The notes beneath the pieces are model-generated. The model was not told where the DNA came from. It made no database searches and saw only the letters and a list, made by a program, of their open reading frames with translations. From Bdellovibrionaceae bacterium UBA2339 (GTDB lineage: Bacteria; Bdellovibrionota; Bdellovibrionia; Bdellovibrionales; JAMPXM01): 64,000 nt of DNA. How positions within the stretch are numbered: the stretch's first letter is position 1; the number at the start of each line of letters is the position of its first letter. Position numbers and translations under genes: made by a program. The stretch is taken from the NCBI GenBank assembly GCA_002344785.1, contig DDUL01000033.1, positions 43,238 through 107,237 of the forward strand, written 5' to 3'. Below, one piece after another: positions 26,315 through 35,545 of the stretch.

Positions 26315-28768
26315 ATGGTGACTTTTTCTCGCGGAAAACATGATCGCAAGATCTTCGTCGCCGTCAGTATGTTGTTGAGTTTCGTGGCATTCGTCGTCGT
26401 CGCTTGCCAGAGCGTTCGCACAAAGTCTCCTCAGACTGACGGCCATGCTCCCATCGATTCCTATACCGCTCAAGAAGACCAGTTCCTAAAGTCTCGCATT
26501 CCCTTCCCCGGACCTGACGCCGAGATCTTTGTTTTGTCGGGAATTGGTGGGCCAGAGTGTGCCGAGTTTTTGAAGTTGGACTACTGTCAGTTCGCGCTCA
26601 AGTGCAACGCAAAGATCGCCAAGCTGTTGGACGAGCGACTGAAAGAGCCGGGGCTTACGCCCGAACGAAGATTTGAGTTGATGACTCGAAGAGCGAATCG
26701 CGAATGGTATCTTGCGGAAAGACCCGACGAGGCCGTTCGGCGATTTGATGACGCTCTCGAATACTATCGCGGAGCTCGGTCAGCGGATCCTCAGCATGGA
26801 GGTTCGCCCGAGGCCACTCGTATCGAGTGGTTGGCGTTGACACAAGCCGGAGTGTCTTGGCTGCGATATGGGGAAGTTCGAAACTGTGTTGAAAATCACA
26901 ATGCCGACAGCTGCCTGTTTCCCTTGTCGAGATTGGCACAGCACCGGCGAAAGGAAGGAGCTGCGAAGGCTGCGGCCTACTTCGAGCAGGCCTTGAAGAT
27001 TCGCGAGACCTCGCACCTCATTTGGCTCTACAGTATCGCGCATCAAGCGCTTGGAACGTCGACGGATCAGATTCCGAAAGCATGGAGATTGCCAAAGACA
27101 GCACTTAAGGCTTTGGGAGCTGGAAGTTTGGAAGACGGACTCCTTCGATTCGAAGATTGGGCATCCTCTCTGGGATTTCAAAGCCGTCAAGACACCGGCG
27201 GTGCAAATGCGCAAGCGCAAGATTTCAATGGCGACGGACGCTTGGATTTGATTCAAGGCGGGCGAAATGCTTGCTCTCCGATCAAACTCTACTGGGGGAC
27301 AGAAGAAGGTTTCGAAAGCGCGAAGTTAGATCCTCGGCATCGAATTTTGACGAGCGCCAACGCCGTCACCAACATACTCAGCGCGGACGTGGATAATGAT
27401 GGCGATTTGGATCTCTACTTAGTTCGCGGTGGTTGGGTGACATCCGACTCCGCGCCAATCTTGCATAACGAGTTGCTCCTCAATGATGGCAAAGGCCGCT
27501 TCAAGCGTTCAGCGCAGAGCCCGCTGAATCCAGCGGGCAATCGTAGCGTGGCGGCACTCTTTGCGGATTTCGATTTAGATGGTTGGATTGATTTGTTTGT
27601 TTGCGATGAAGTGAGTGGCCCCGAATTGCATCAAGGTGGTCGAAAGGGTTTTCACCGCGTGCAAACGAACGGTGGATTATCTTATCAAGGAGTTTGCAAG
27701 GGGGCCGCGGCCGGTGACCTGGACGGTGATGGACGACCTGAGCTGTTTATTGGGCTCTATGGGCGAGACAATCAGCTCTACAAAAATGTCTCGACAATTG
27801 GAGAGCTCAGGTTTGAACCCATCACTCATTCACCCGCGACAACTCGACCGCAATTTGCATTTCCCGCTGCATTTGCGGACTTTAATAATGATTCGCACCT
27901 GGATTTGTTTGTGGGAAGCTTCTATCGCGATACAGGAAACTATGCGCGATTTGTACTGGGTCGAGATTTTAAGCCCGAGGTCTCTCGAATTTTCTTGAAT
28001 GATGGTCGCGGGCAATTGATCGACCGCACCGATGATTTGGGATTTGCAAATCCCGCACAGACCATGGGGTCTGGACTGGCCGATCTCAATGGCGATGGCT
28101 GGATGGACATACTTCTCGGCACAGGATCTGTCAGCTACGGTGATCTGGTTCCCAACTTGGTATTCATCAATCGCGCGGGGAAGAAATTTGTCGAACGTGG
28201 AACTGAATTGGGAATGTCGTCCTTGCAAAAGGGGCATGGTGTTGTGACCGCCGACTTTGACGGTGATCTGAAGTCCGACATTTTTTGGGTCAATGGCGGT
28301 ACGATTCCAGGGGACAACTATTTCCCATCACTCTATCGAAACTCGTCCTCTCGAAACTCTTGGATCGGTTTGGAGCTGGAAGGTGTGACGGCAAATCGAA
28401 GCGCCATTGGAGCTAAGGTCGAAATCGAAGTTGAAGAAGACCTTGAAAGTGAAAACACCTCCTCTTCGGGTTCAACACAAAAAGCAAAGCTGAGTTCACG
28501 TCGCATTGTACGGCACGTGGGGCTTCACTCGAGCTTTGGCAGCGAGTCGCTTCGTCTCAATATAGGACTGGGAGCGACAAAGAAAATTAGACGGCTGAGC
28601 ATACATTGGCCCAATCGAACTCGACGTGTAGACTCATATACTGAGGGTTTGGAAGTTGGGCGGTCATATAGAATTCGCGAGGGTGACGCGCCAAAGGTCG
28701 TGAGTTGGCCCAAAGCAAATTGGCCGAATCGCTTGGAGGCAGGCTCGCCACACCATCATCATGAGTGA
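26315..28768 (+). CDS. lipoprotein: helical-repeat N-domain + FG-GAP/VCBS repeats + UnbV/ASPIC domain (CRTAC1-like)
   Basis: 817 aa with AAGGATAAGGG upstream of the ATG. Lipobox FVAFVVVAC. A ~300-aa helical, TPR-like region comes first. The loops are DFNGDGRLDL, DVDNDGDLDLY, DFDLDGWIDLF, GDLDGDGRPELF, DFNNDSHLDLF, DLNGDGWMDIL and DFDGDLKSDIF, followed by NSWIGLELEGVTANRSAIGAKVEIEV. The protein ends ..SPHHHHE. Confidence 0.85.
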   Translation: MVTFSRGKHDRKIFVAVSMLLSFVAFVVVACQSVRTKSPQTDGHAPIDSYTAQEDQFLKSRIPFPGPDAEIFVLSGIGGPECAEFLKLDYCQFALKCNAKIAKLLDERLKEPGLTPERRFELMTRRANREWYLAERPDEAVRRFDDALEYYRGARSADPQHGGSPEATRIEWLALTQAGVSWLRYGEVRNCVENHNADSCLFPLSRLAQHRRKEGAAKAAAYFEQALKIRETSHLIWLYSIAHQALGTSTDQIPKAWRLPKTALKALGAGSLEDGLLRFEDWASSLGFQSRQDTGGANAQAQDFNGDGRLDLIQGGRNACSPIKLYWGTEEGFESAKLDPRHRILTSANAVTNILSADVDNDGDLDLYLVRGGWVTSDSAPILHNELLLNDGKGRFKRSAQSPLNPAGNRSVAALFADFDLDGWIDLFVCDEVSGPELHQGGRKGFHRVQTNGGLSYQGVCKGAAAGDLDGDGRPELFIGLYGRDNQLYKNVSTIGELRFEPITHSPATTRPQFAFPAAFADFNNDSHLDLFVGSFYRDTGNYARFVLGRDFKPEVSRIFLNDGRGQLIDRTDDLGFANPAQTMGSGLADLNGDGWMDILLGTGSVSYGDLVPNLVFINRAGKKFVERGTELGMSSLQKGHGVVTADFDGDLKSDIFWVNGGTIPGDNYFPSLYRNSSSRNSWIGLELEGVTANRSAIGAKVEIEVEEDLESENTSSSGSTQKAKLSSRRIVRHVGLHSSFGSESLRLNIGLGATKKIRRLSIHWPNRTRRVDSYTEGLEVGRSYRIREGDAPKVVSWPKANWPNRLEAGSPHHHHE

Positions 28769-28967
28769 TCGCGATCTGTGAATTGCCGAACGCCGCAACC
28801 TCATGCCTCAGCCTTGTGCCGCAGGTGGAAGTGATTGGTGGGCCGGCAAGAGATGAGAAGGTGAAGGAGAGAGTGAATCAGGACTTTACGATGTGCATCC
28901 AGAAATCGCTCAGCATTTATAAAGGTAGCAAACGATCGCTCACCTTTAACCCTAACGAAGTCATTAA

Positions 28968-29678
28968 TTGCATATGCATAGCTCAACTCGATCAACAGAC
29001 AAGGTGAATATTGAGACCTGGGAGCAGAGTCTCGTCGCTGAGGTCGAAGGCTCCTATGCTCATAATAGTCGGCTCTATTCAGCTTTGGAGGCGTCCGCCC
29101 GAGGCGAGGAAATTCACCGATTCTATTCCTTCGATGCCCATCAGCCTCCGTTTTTCAAGTTTCTGCAGCTGTGGCTTCCGAAAGCCGAAGGCTTAGTCAA
29201 AGACGCGCTCTTGAAACATATCGAAGAAGAAGTTTCCGAAGAGCATTCGCGCCTCTTTCAAGACATGATGAAGGTGCTCGCCATTGAGTATCCGATCTCC
29301 CAGACCATGGCCGACGTCCCTCAGCTTCGGGAGTTGAATTATGTGTTCTCGGAAGCCTGCGCGCGTGAGCAGAGCCTCGGATATTTTTGCGGCTGCTTTT
29401 TCGCGACTGAAATGATGTCCGCGAAGCGCTGTGCGCAAACACTAAAAGGCCTGCGTCGAATTGGTTTTCCCGAGACTGCACTTCGCTACCTCATCATTCA
29501 CGCTGAAGCGGACACCTCACATGCAGAATTGGCCATGCGAGATTTCATCCGGCCATTTGTGACGACACAGACGGATCAGATTGCGGCGCGGGCCGAAGTG
29601 GAAAAGGGTCTTAGAGATCGACTCCGAAGATCAGAGAATTTCATTCGCTGGTATGAAACTCAATTCGAACAGACTTAA
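28968..29678 (+). CDS. heme-oxygenase-like di-iron enzyme (CADD/PqqC-type 'iron-containing redox enzyme' family)
   Basis: 236 aa and all-helical in character. The ligand-type pattern is E-x6-H (EEEVSEEH), a central FATEMM Glu, and H-x3-D-x2-H (HAEADTSH). This is the spacing known for CADD-like HDO proteins. Confidence 0.7.
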   Translation: MHMHSSTRSTDKVNIETWEQSLVAEVEGSYAHNSRLYSALEASARGEEIHRFYSFDAHQPPFFKFLQLWLPKAEGLVKDALLKHIEEEVSEEHSRLFQDMMKVLAIEYPISQTMADVPQLRELNYVFSEACAREQSLGYFCGCFFATEMMSAKRCAQTLKGLRRIGFPETALRYLIIHAEADTSHAELAMRDFIRPFVTTQTDQIAARAEVEKGLRDRLRRSENFIRWYETQFEQT

Positions 29679-29695
29679 GTCGAAGAGGCCACGCG

Positions 29696-30697
29696 ATGAG
29701 TTCAAAGTCGAATTCAGATTCATCGGACGCATCGGGATCAAGATTGGGTCCTGGAGGTTCTGAAATTCCGAATCAAACCCAAGGGGTAGCTTCGGCTGTT
29801 TCCGCTCAGGCCAACATGCAAGAGAACATCGAAAGCAAGCTGGAAAGCAAGCTGCTCACCGAGTTTCCCGCGTGGTTGAAGCGATGGCCCAAGTTGAGAA
29901 GTGAACTGCATCAGGTGGCCTGGATCGGTAGTCTTGCGCACGGAGGATTCTCCGAAGTCTACTCCGACTTCGATTTGGCGCTATTTCTCACAACTTCAGC
30001 TCACGATGTGGAAGCGAACGCGCAGTTTGCGGACTTGGTGGCTCAGTTGCCAATGCCAGATCGGTGGTCAATTTTCTGGGCGAAGCTGGAGCCCCGCCCA
30101 TCCGGTTCCAAGCCGCGCGGATTGCAGATTGGTCGATTTCCAAACCTCGACCAAGTCGACTACTTAGATCATGGCCACGTCATTTGGGATGCAACCGTGC
30201 ATCCAGGGGAAGCGGACTCTTCGAAGCTCATCGAGCAATCAGCACTCCGGCGAATGCAGGCATCATCGAGTTTGACTGAAACCCTGCGACTTGAAATTGC
30301 TCGTCCAAGCCTAGCCCAAATTCGTGAGCATCTTCGTCAAGAGTCCATTCCTTACTGGTCAGATCTGCTCGTGAAGCTCGAGGCCCATCCCTCAGGGGGA
30401 AGAACCTCAATGTACTATCCTGATAAGTCACTTGTTCGATTGGCCCTCTATCCTTCGCGCTTTCATTTCACATGGGTGACGGGGCGTGTGGATTCCAACG
30501 AGGCCGCGACTCGCTTTTGTGAATCTCGCGATTGGTTCGACCGAGATCTTGTCGATGCGGCGTTGTACTTTCGGCGCCTCCGGTTGAGTGACGTAGGAGA
30601 ACTCGAATCGAAGGCCTTTGCGATGCACCATAAAGTCATCACTGACCTGAAGAGACTCCGAGCTCAGCTGGTGCAAGCCTTTACGGAGATTGCGTGA
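29696..30697 (+). CDS. nucleotidyltransferase-domain protein (ANT(3'')/AadA-like layout)
   Basis: 333 aa. GSLAHGGFSEVYSDFDLALFL is the Pol-beta-type G-S..D-x-D NTase signature, as in AadA (GS..D.DLLV). It has a long helical C-terminal region and a Ser-rich N-terminus. Confidence 0.6.
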   Translation: MSSKSNSDSSDASGSRLGPGGSEIPNQTQGVASAVSAQANMQENIESKLESKLLTEFPAWLKRWPKLRSELHQVAWIGSLAHGGFSEVYSDFDLALFLTTSAHDVEANAQFADLVAQLPMPDRWSIFWAKLEPRPSGSKPRGLQIGRFPNLDQVDYLDHGHVIWDATVHPGEADSSKLIEQSALRRMQASSSLTETLRLEIARPSLAQIREHLRQESIPYWSDLLVKLEAHPSGGRTSMYYPDKSLVRLALYPSRFHFTWVTGRVDSNEAATRFCESRDWFDRDLVDAALYFRRLRLSDVGELESKAFAMHHKVITDLKRLRAQLVQAFTEIA

Positions 30698-31677
30698 AAC
30701 CAGAAGATGTTGGGAATTCAGAATTGAGCTCGTCGGTCGGAGTGGATTCGACGCGGATGACAAGCATGGTCTGTGTTGCGTTGTTGCTCTCAATTCTTGT
30801 CCCCGGAGTTTTGATCACCCAGTGGATTCCTCGCGAGGGGTGGGGCTGGTTGGTGTGGACACTTCTTTGGATTTGGGTCGCAGCGCGCCAACATAGCTTG
30901 TATGTTCTCAACCACGAAGCGAGCCACGGTCTACTCTTTGAAGTCACTGGCTATGGCGCAAACACAGAACAAAAAAATCGTCTCTTCGCCGAAGTCTTTT
31001 GCTTGTGGCCTTTCTTCCATCATCCCGAGGCCTTTTCCTTTGTGCTCTGGCGTCGGGTGCATCGACTTCATCACGCCCATCTTTTCACGTCGAATGATCC
31101 AAATTTCGTAGGTCGATCTCATCAAGGCCAAACTCAGCACCCACTGTCGAATCTCGAAATAGCGAAGTCGTGCGCCCGCGCGCCTTGGGATGCTCTGCGT
31201 ACCATGCTGATCGGTGAGCAGGATTATGTTGGTCCCGATGAATCGCGAAGTTGGAATCAACGCAAAGTTGGTCACTGGCAAATTCTGTTGGACTGGCAGG
31301 GCTTGCATCGGGAAGACCCCGAGTTGGCGTCTGAGCAGCGTCGAAAGCTCGGGGTCCTACTCTTGAGTTTGTTGATTTTCACGGTGCTGGGTTGGCAAGG
31401 GCATTTGTTTTGGCTCTGGCTCGTACCGATGTGGACAATATACCCGATGATATTGCGCTGGAACGATCTTACCGAACACAATTGGTCCGAGAAGAGCGGT
31501 GATCTAAGGGCGCAGACAAATACTCGTGCTGATCGTTGGTGGACGCTTCTTGTGTTGAGCGACTTAGGTCGGCATTTTCATTGGGAGCACCATCTCAATC
31601 CCAAGGTGCCATGGTGGAAAATGAGGGGCTATTCGCGACAGCTCGCTGCTTCGGGTCGCTCACTTCATGGTCCATAA
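30694..31677 (+). CDS. membrane fatty-acid-desaturase-family di-iron enzyme
   Basis: GTG 30694 overlaps the upstream stop (GTGA). Three His boxes are present (HEASH, HRLHH, HWEHH) together with TM segments in the pattern of the fatty acid desaturase family. Confidence 0.8.
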   Translation: MKPEDVGNSELSSSVGVDSTRMTSMVCVALLLSILVPGVLITQWIPREGWGWLVWTLLWIWVAARQHSLYVLNHEASHGLLFEVTGYGANTEQKNRLFAEVFCLWPFFHHPEAFSFVLWRRVHRLHHAHLFTSNDPNFVGRSHQGQTQHPLSNLEIAKSCARAPWDALRTMLIGEQDYVGPDESRSWNQRKVGHWQILLDWQGLHREDPELASEQRRKLGVLLLSLLIFTVLGWQGHLFWLWLVPMWTIYPMILRWNDLTEHNWSEKSGDLRAQTNTRADRWWTLLVLSDLGRHFHWEHHLNPKVPWWKMRGYSRQLAASGRSLHGP

Positions 31678-31755
31678 GGGCCGATCTAATGCCCCGACGT
31701 CAAAAAGGCGGGGTTTGAGTTTGCCTCGCCAACTAAAGCATTGTCAGATAGAGGC

Positions 31756-32871
31756 ATGCGCCAAAAACAAATCCATTCGCATCGAGGTTTCTCTACAGTC
31801 GATCTCGTCTTGCTTGGACTTATACTCGTTTCAATTGGCTTCATCGCTTGGAAATTGTTCGGCTTAAGATCGGCCAAGCAAGCTCCGCGGGCGGTGGCTG
31901 TTCAAACCGATGTCGTGTCACCTCCGGCTCCTGCACAAAGTGAAAACAAAATTGAGGATCCGCTGCAAAAGGCCATCGAGCGACAAGATCTCGTGTGGCG
32001 CCTCTCCCAGGTCTCAACCACGGATTGGGAAAAGCTTTTGACCATGCCCTCATTGCGTCCAGCATTGATACGTGAAACTGAAACCTGCCAGTTTGCTCCG
32101 GATCGAAACCATCTCAATTTCATTTCCAAAAAGGTCATTGACGCAGTTCTCGCCAAACAGACGCAAAGTTTGGTGGTTCATATGGCCAGGTCGTGTTTCC
32201 GAGTCGGAGGCCAGGCTCAGCTTGTTTATCATAATTTTTCAGACTCAGGTGTTGCCACGCGCGATCTCGGGGCGATCGACGTGAGGGCCATTCTGCAAAT
32301 CGGTGATGGAGGCAGTTTAGCGCCTGAAGTTTACGGCCTTCTCAAAATCGATGCCGAGAGTCTCAAGAAGATCACTACGGTCGGGCGAGGGGCCGATGCG
32401 CAATTTGCCATATTGAGAGTCGAGAATCTAAGGCCCCCGAATGTCGAACAAAGCAAAAGGCCACCGCCGTCAGTGTTTCGATATCCGTCGTTCAACGCTC
32501 GAGGTGTGCAGCGTTTGAAATCATCGGGAGTCACAATCGCTGTTGTCGATGTGAGATCAGAGGCAGAGATCGCCGACTTTGCGATTCCAAACGCAATTAA
32601 GGTTCATTACGAAGTTCCGGATCTACCCGAAAAGGGTCGACGCTATGTTCCTGAGATCTCCATCGAACAACTGTCTAAGGCGAGTTTCAATGTCAGTGAG
32701 TTGGTTGAGTCGCAAAAAAATGCGGCGCGAACCCATTACATAGTGGTGGGCGCCGATGACTTTGACGGTCGACCATTTTGGTTCACTCGCGAAATGCTCA
32801 AGATGGGGATCGTGAACGCATCGTACTACCCAGCCGGAGCTGAAAGTCTCGCAGCGGCTCTCGTCGACTGA
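31756..32871 (+). CDS. pilin-like N-terminus + cysteine-less rhodanese-like domain protein (paralog A)
   Basis: The leader MRQKQIHSHRG-FSTVDLVLLGLILVSIGFIA matches the prepilin cleavage pattern except for Asp in place of Glu5. The C-terminal VTIAVVDVRSEAEIADFAIPNAIKV .. HYIVVGADDFDGRPFW follows a rhodanese layout, with the catalytic Cys loop replaced. It is paralogous to 53639-54859. The start could also be TTG 31741. Confidence 0.6.
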   Translation: MRQKQIHSHRGFSTVDLVLLGLILVSIGFIAWKLFGLRSAKQAPRAVAVQTDVVSPPAPAQSENKIEDPLQKAIERQDLVWRLSQVSTTDWEKLLTMPSLRPALIRETETCQFAPDRNHLNFISKKVIDAVLAKQTQSLVVHMARSCFRVGGQAQLVYHNFSDSGVATRDLGAIDVRAILQIGDGGSLAPEVYGLLKIDAESLKKITTVGRGADAQFAILRVENLRPPNVEQSKRPPPSVFRYPSFNARGVQRLKSSGVTIAVVDVRSEAEIADFAIPNAIKVHYEVPDLPEKGRRYVPEISIEQLSKASFNVSELVESQKNAARTHYIVVGADDFDGRPFWFTREMLKMGIVNASYYPAGAESLAAALVD

Positions 32872-32891
32872 TGGCGTAAAGATAAAGAAGC

Positions 32892-33875
32892 TTATCGAGT
32901 CACTTTTTTTGCGGCGTGAATGATCTCCCAATAGGGGTAGATCGTTTCGAGTTCGCCGACATTGAAAGATACGGCCAGTCCGCCACCTTCAACCGAAAAC
33001 TTGTCGCCAATCAAACCCTTTTCAGAAAGGGAGTTGGGATCATCCACGCTAAAAAGAAACCCAAGTTCACGCATGGAATCGTTTTGCATCTGCGTGAGGT
33101 TCACCTTCACTTCGCCCTTTTCGTTGGCCGTTTCTCGCTTGCCAAAGAACATGAGCGCACGCAGTGACTTCATTTCCTTTTCTTCGACGTTGACCCGCTT
33201 GTCATCGCTCTTGAAAAGCCAGTCATTATAGAAGTCCACAAAGCGAATCAGAAAATCAGGCTCATTCACTGTGATCCGGCGATTGCCCTCACCAAGATCC
33301 TCGACCTTCGCGTGTCCCAAGCCCTGGAGCAGCTCAAGCATGGTGTCCATTTTGTTCGTGGGTTGTTGGAAGACCTGAATTGTATAGCGGCGAAGGCGCT
33401 CGGTCGGGACAACCGTGCCACCTTTTTCGCCGGGCTTTCCATAAACTTTGGCTGTCAATCCAATGATCGCACAAAGCCGAGTCACTGTATGAGGTGGAAA
33501 AACAGCCGTATCGTCGTCTGTTTTCTCAAGTTGTTTGATCTTTTGATTCGCATTTCGCAGATGCGTGTTGACCGACTTCATAATGGCCTTCACCCATTCC
33601 GGAAAACTCTTAAATTGGGCGTGCAAGGCCTTGAACGGTAACTCAATGACCACAGCATCGGAAATTGCCTTGATGCTTGCGGAGCGTGGCTTGTTATCGA
33701 AAAACGCCATTTCGCCAATCATGTCATTGGCCCCAAGTTCGGCGAGGACGATCTCGCCGCCACCTTTCGGGCGAACCACCGCCAGCTTTCCGCTCTTGAT
33801 GACATACATCGACTCAGCGGGATCGCCTTCACGAAAGAGGTACTCACCCTTTTTGAGATTCTTCGGTCCGCTCAT
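32892..33875 (-). CDS. cyclic-nucleotide-binding domain protein with uncharacterised C-terminal domain
   Basis: The N-terminal CAP_ED is GEYLFREGDPAESMYVIKSGKLAV..GANDMIGEMAFFDNKPRSASIKA. The remaining ~200 aa has no HTH or other recognisable motif. Confidence 0.8.
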   Translation of the reverse strand: MSGPKNLKKGEYLFREGDPAESMYVIKSGKLAVVRPKGGGEIVLAELGANDMIGEMAFFDNKPRSASIKAISDAVVIELPFKALHAQFKSFPEWVKAIMKSVNTHLRNANQKIKQLEKTDDDTAVFPPHTVTRLCAIIGLTAKVYGKPGEKGGTVVPTERLRRYTIQVFQQPTNKMDTMLELLQGLGHAKVEDLGEGNRRITVNEPDFLIRFVDFYNDWLFKSDDKRVNVEEKEMKSLRALMFFGKRETANEKGEVKVNLTQMQNDSMRELGFLFSVDDPNSLSEKGLIGDKFSVEGGGLAVSFNVGELETIYPYWEIIHAAKKVTR

Positions 33876-34099
33876 GTCGATGCCGCTGCCTGTTGCTGCT
33901 ACAAGGTTCTTATGTAAACCAAGCTCCGTCTCGCCCCTATGGACGTTGAGACTTGGGTCGCGATCCGTGGGTGATTCGTGAAGCGAGATCTTTCAACAAA
34001 GAGATCGCGTCGAATTCCACTTAGCCTCAGGCTATCAAGTTGTTGGCCAAGGTGCAGCGTCCCGCATTCTAAAGCGCGATGAACCCGACATCGGTCGAG

Positions 34100-34762
34100 T
34101 TAACTGATCGCCACTGGCTTGGCATCGGCTGCAATTTCCACGGGTGCGCCCGTGGCCTTTACAACATCTTCAGGTGACAAATCCGGTGCCCACTCGATGA
34201 GGCGGAACCCGCGACCTTTAACGACATCAAGCACCGCATAGTCCGTCACGATTCGCTCAACGACACCTAAGCCGGTGAGAGGCAAGCTGCACTTTTTGAG
34301 AATCTTGTGCGAGCCGTCCTTCGCGCAATGTTCCATGGCGACGATCACGCGGCGAGCTCCGGCCACAAGATCCATGGCTCCGCCCATGCCCTTAACCATT
34401 TTGCCAGGAATCATCCAATTGGCGATAGATCCATCGAGATCCACCTGCATGGCTCCCAGTACCGTCAGGTCCACATGACCACCACGAATCATGGCGAAGC
34501 TATCGGCGGAAGAGAAAAACGAAGCGCCGGGGACAGCTGTCACAGTTTGTTTGCCGGCGTTTATGAGATCTGGATCCACATCCTTCTCAAGAGGGAAGGG
34601 GCCCATGCCGAGTAGGCCATTCTCGCTTTGCAACATCACGCCCATTTCAGCTGGAATGAAGTTGGCAACCAAAGTCGGAATGCCAATTCCCAAATTCACA
34701 CAATAGCCAGGCTCGATTTCCTTGGCGATTCGCTTGGCGATCTGATCACGAGTCAAGGGCAT
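34100..34762 (-). CDS. scoB: 3-oxoacid CoA-transferase subunit B
   Basis: [34 protein letters not shown] are typical of the family I CoA-transferase beta subunit. ATG 34762 is preceded by GGAAGGAAAG, while the ORF-track start is TTG 34777. Confidence 0.92.
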   Translation of the reverse strand: MPLTRDQIAKRIAKEIEPGYCVNLGIGIPTLVANFIPAEMGVMLQSENGLLGMGPFPLEKDVDPDLINAGKQTVTAVPGASFFSSADSFAMIRGGHVDLTVLGAMQVDLDGSIANWMIPGKMVKGMGGAMDLVAGARRVIVAMEHCAKDGSHKILKKCSLPLTGLGVVERIVTDYAVLDVVKGRGFRLIEWAPDLSPEDVVKATGAPVEIAADAKPVAIS

Positions 34763-34821
34763 AGTCTTTCCTTCCAAGTGTCTTCAATCATCAAATTAAA
34801 AAAACATCACTTCACAATGGG

Positions 34822-35520
34822 TCACTTCAAGCGAACGGTTCGCTGCTCAATTCGCTTTTCGAGCTTGGGCGAAACGATCATTCGTTGAACATAGATACCC
34901 GGGACATGAATGTTTTCTGGATCGAGGGACCCAAGCGGAACAATTTCTTCGACTTCGACAACGGTGATTCGTCCCGCGGCGGCCATCATGGGATTGAAGT
35001 TCCGCGCTGTTTTGCGAAACACGAGATTACCAAAGGGATCAGCTTTCCAAGCACGAATGAGTGCAAAGTCGCCGGTGATGCCTTTTTCCATGACATAGTG
35101 TCGACCGTTGAACTCGCGAGTCTCTTTACCGTCTGCCACAATCGTACCGTAACCCGTGGGCGTGTAGAACGCCGGAATGCCGGCTCCACCTGCGCGAATT
35201 CGCTCGGCCAACGTGCCTTGTGGGCAAAACTCCAATTCCAGTTCGCCGCTAAGGAACTGCTTTTCAAAGGTCGCGTTTTCTCCAACGTAAGACGACAACA
35301 TTTTTTTGATTTGCCGAGTGTGCAGCAAAAGCCCAAGGCCAAAGTCATCCACGCCAGCGTTATTGGAGACACACGTCAGATTCCTCACGCCTGAATCGCG
35401 AAGCGCGAGAATCAAGTTTTCCGGAATTCCGCACAGCCCAAAGCCGCCGACCAAAATTGTCATGCCATCTTTGACGCCATCAAGGGCAGCTTGAGCGGAA
35501 GGATAGAGTTTGTTTTTCAT
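34822..35520 (-). CDS. scoA: 3-oxoacid CoA-transferase subunit A
   Basis: [31 protein letters not shown] are typical of the CoA-transferase alpha subunit. It lies directly upstream of scoB. Confidence 0.92.
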   Translation of the reverse strand: MKNKLYPSAQAALDGVKDGMTILVGGFGLCGIPENLILALRDSGVRNLTCVSNNAGVDDFGLGLLLHTRQIKKMLSSYVGENATFEKQFLSGELELEFCPQGTLAERIRAGGAGIPAFYTPTGYGTIVADGKETREFNGRHYVMEKGITGDFALIRAWKADPFGNLVFRKTARNFNPMMAAAGRITVVEVEEIVPLGSLDPENIHVPGIYVQRMIVSPKLEKRIEQRTVRLK

Positions 35521-35545
35521 CGATGTGTCCTCGTTTTGACTTCAA

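Noticed and set aside
28744-28768. C-terminal HHHH as an engineered His-tag or vector artefact
   Set aside because: It has only four His embedded in a native sequence (SPHHHHE). There are no vector, linker or protease-site sequences, and the surrounding context is ordinary chromosome.
28765-29007. 80-aa ORF upstream of or overlapping the di-iron enzyme gene
   Set aside because: It has no SD or motif and overlaps the better-supported start at 28968. It is probably non-coding leader or promoter DNA.
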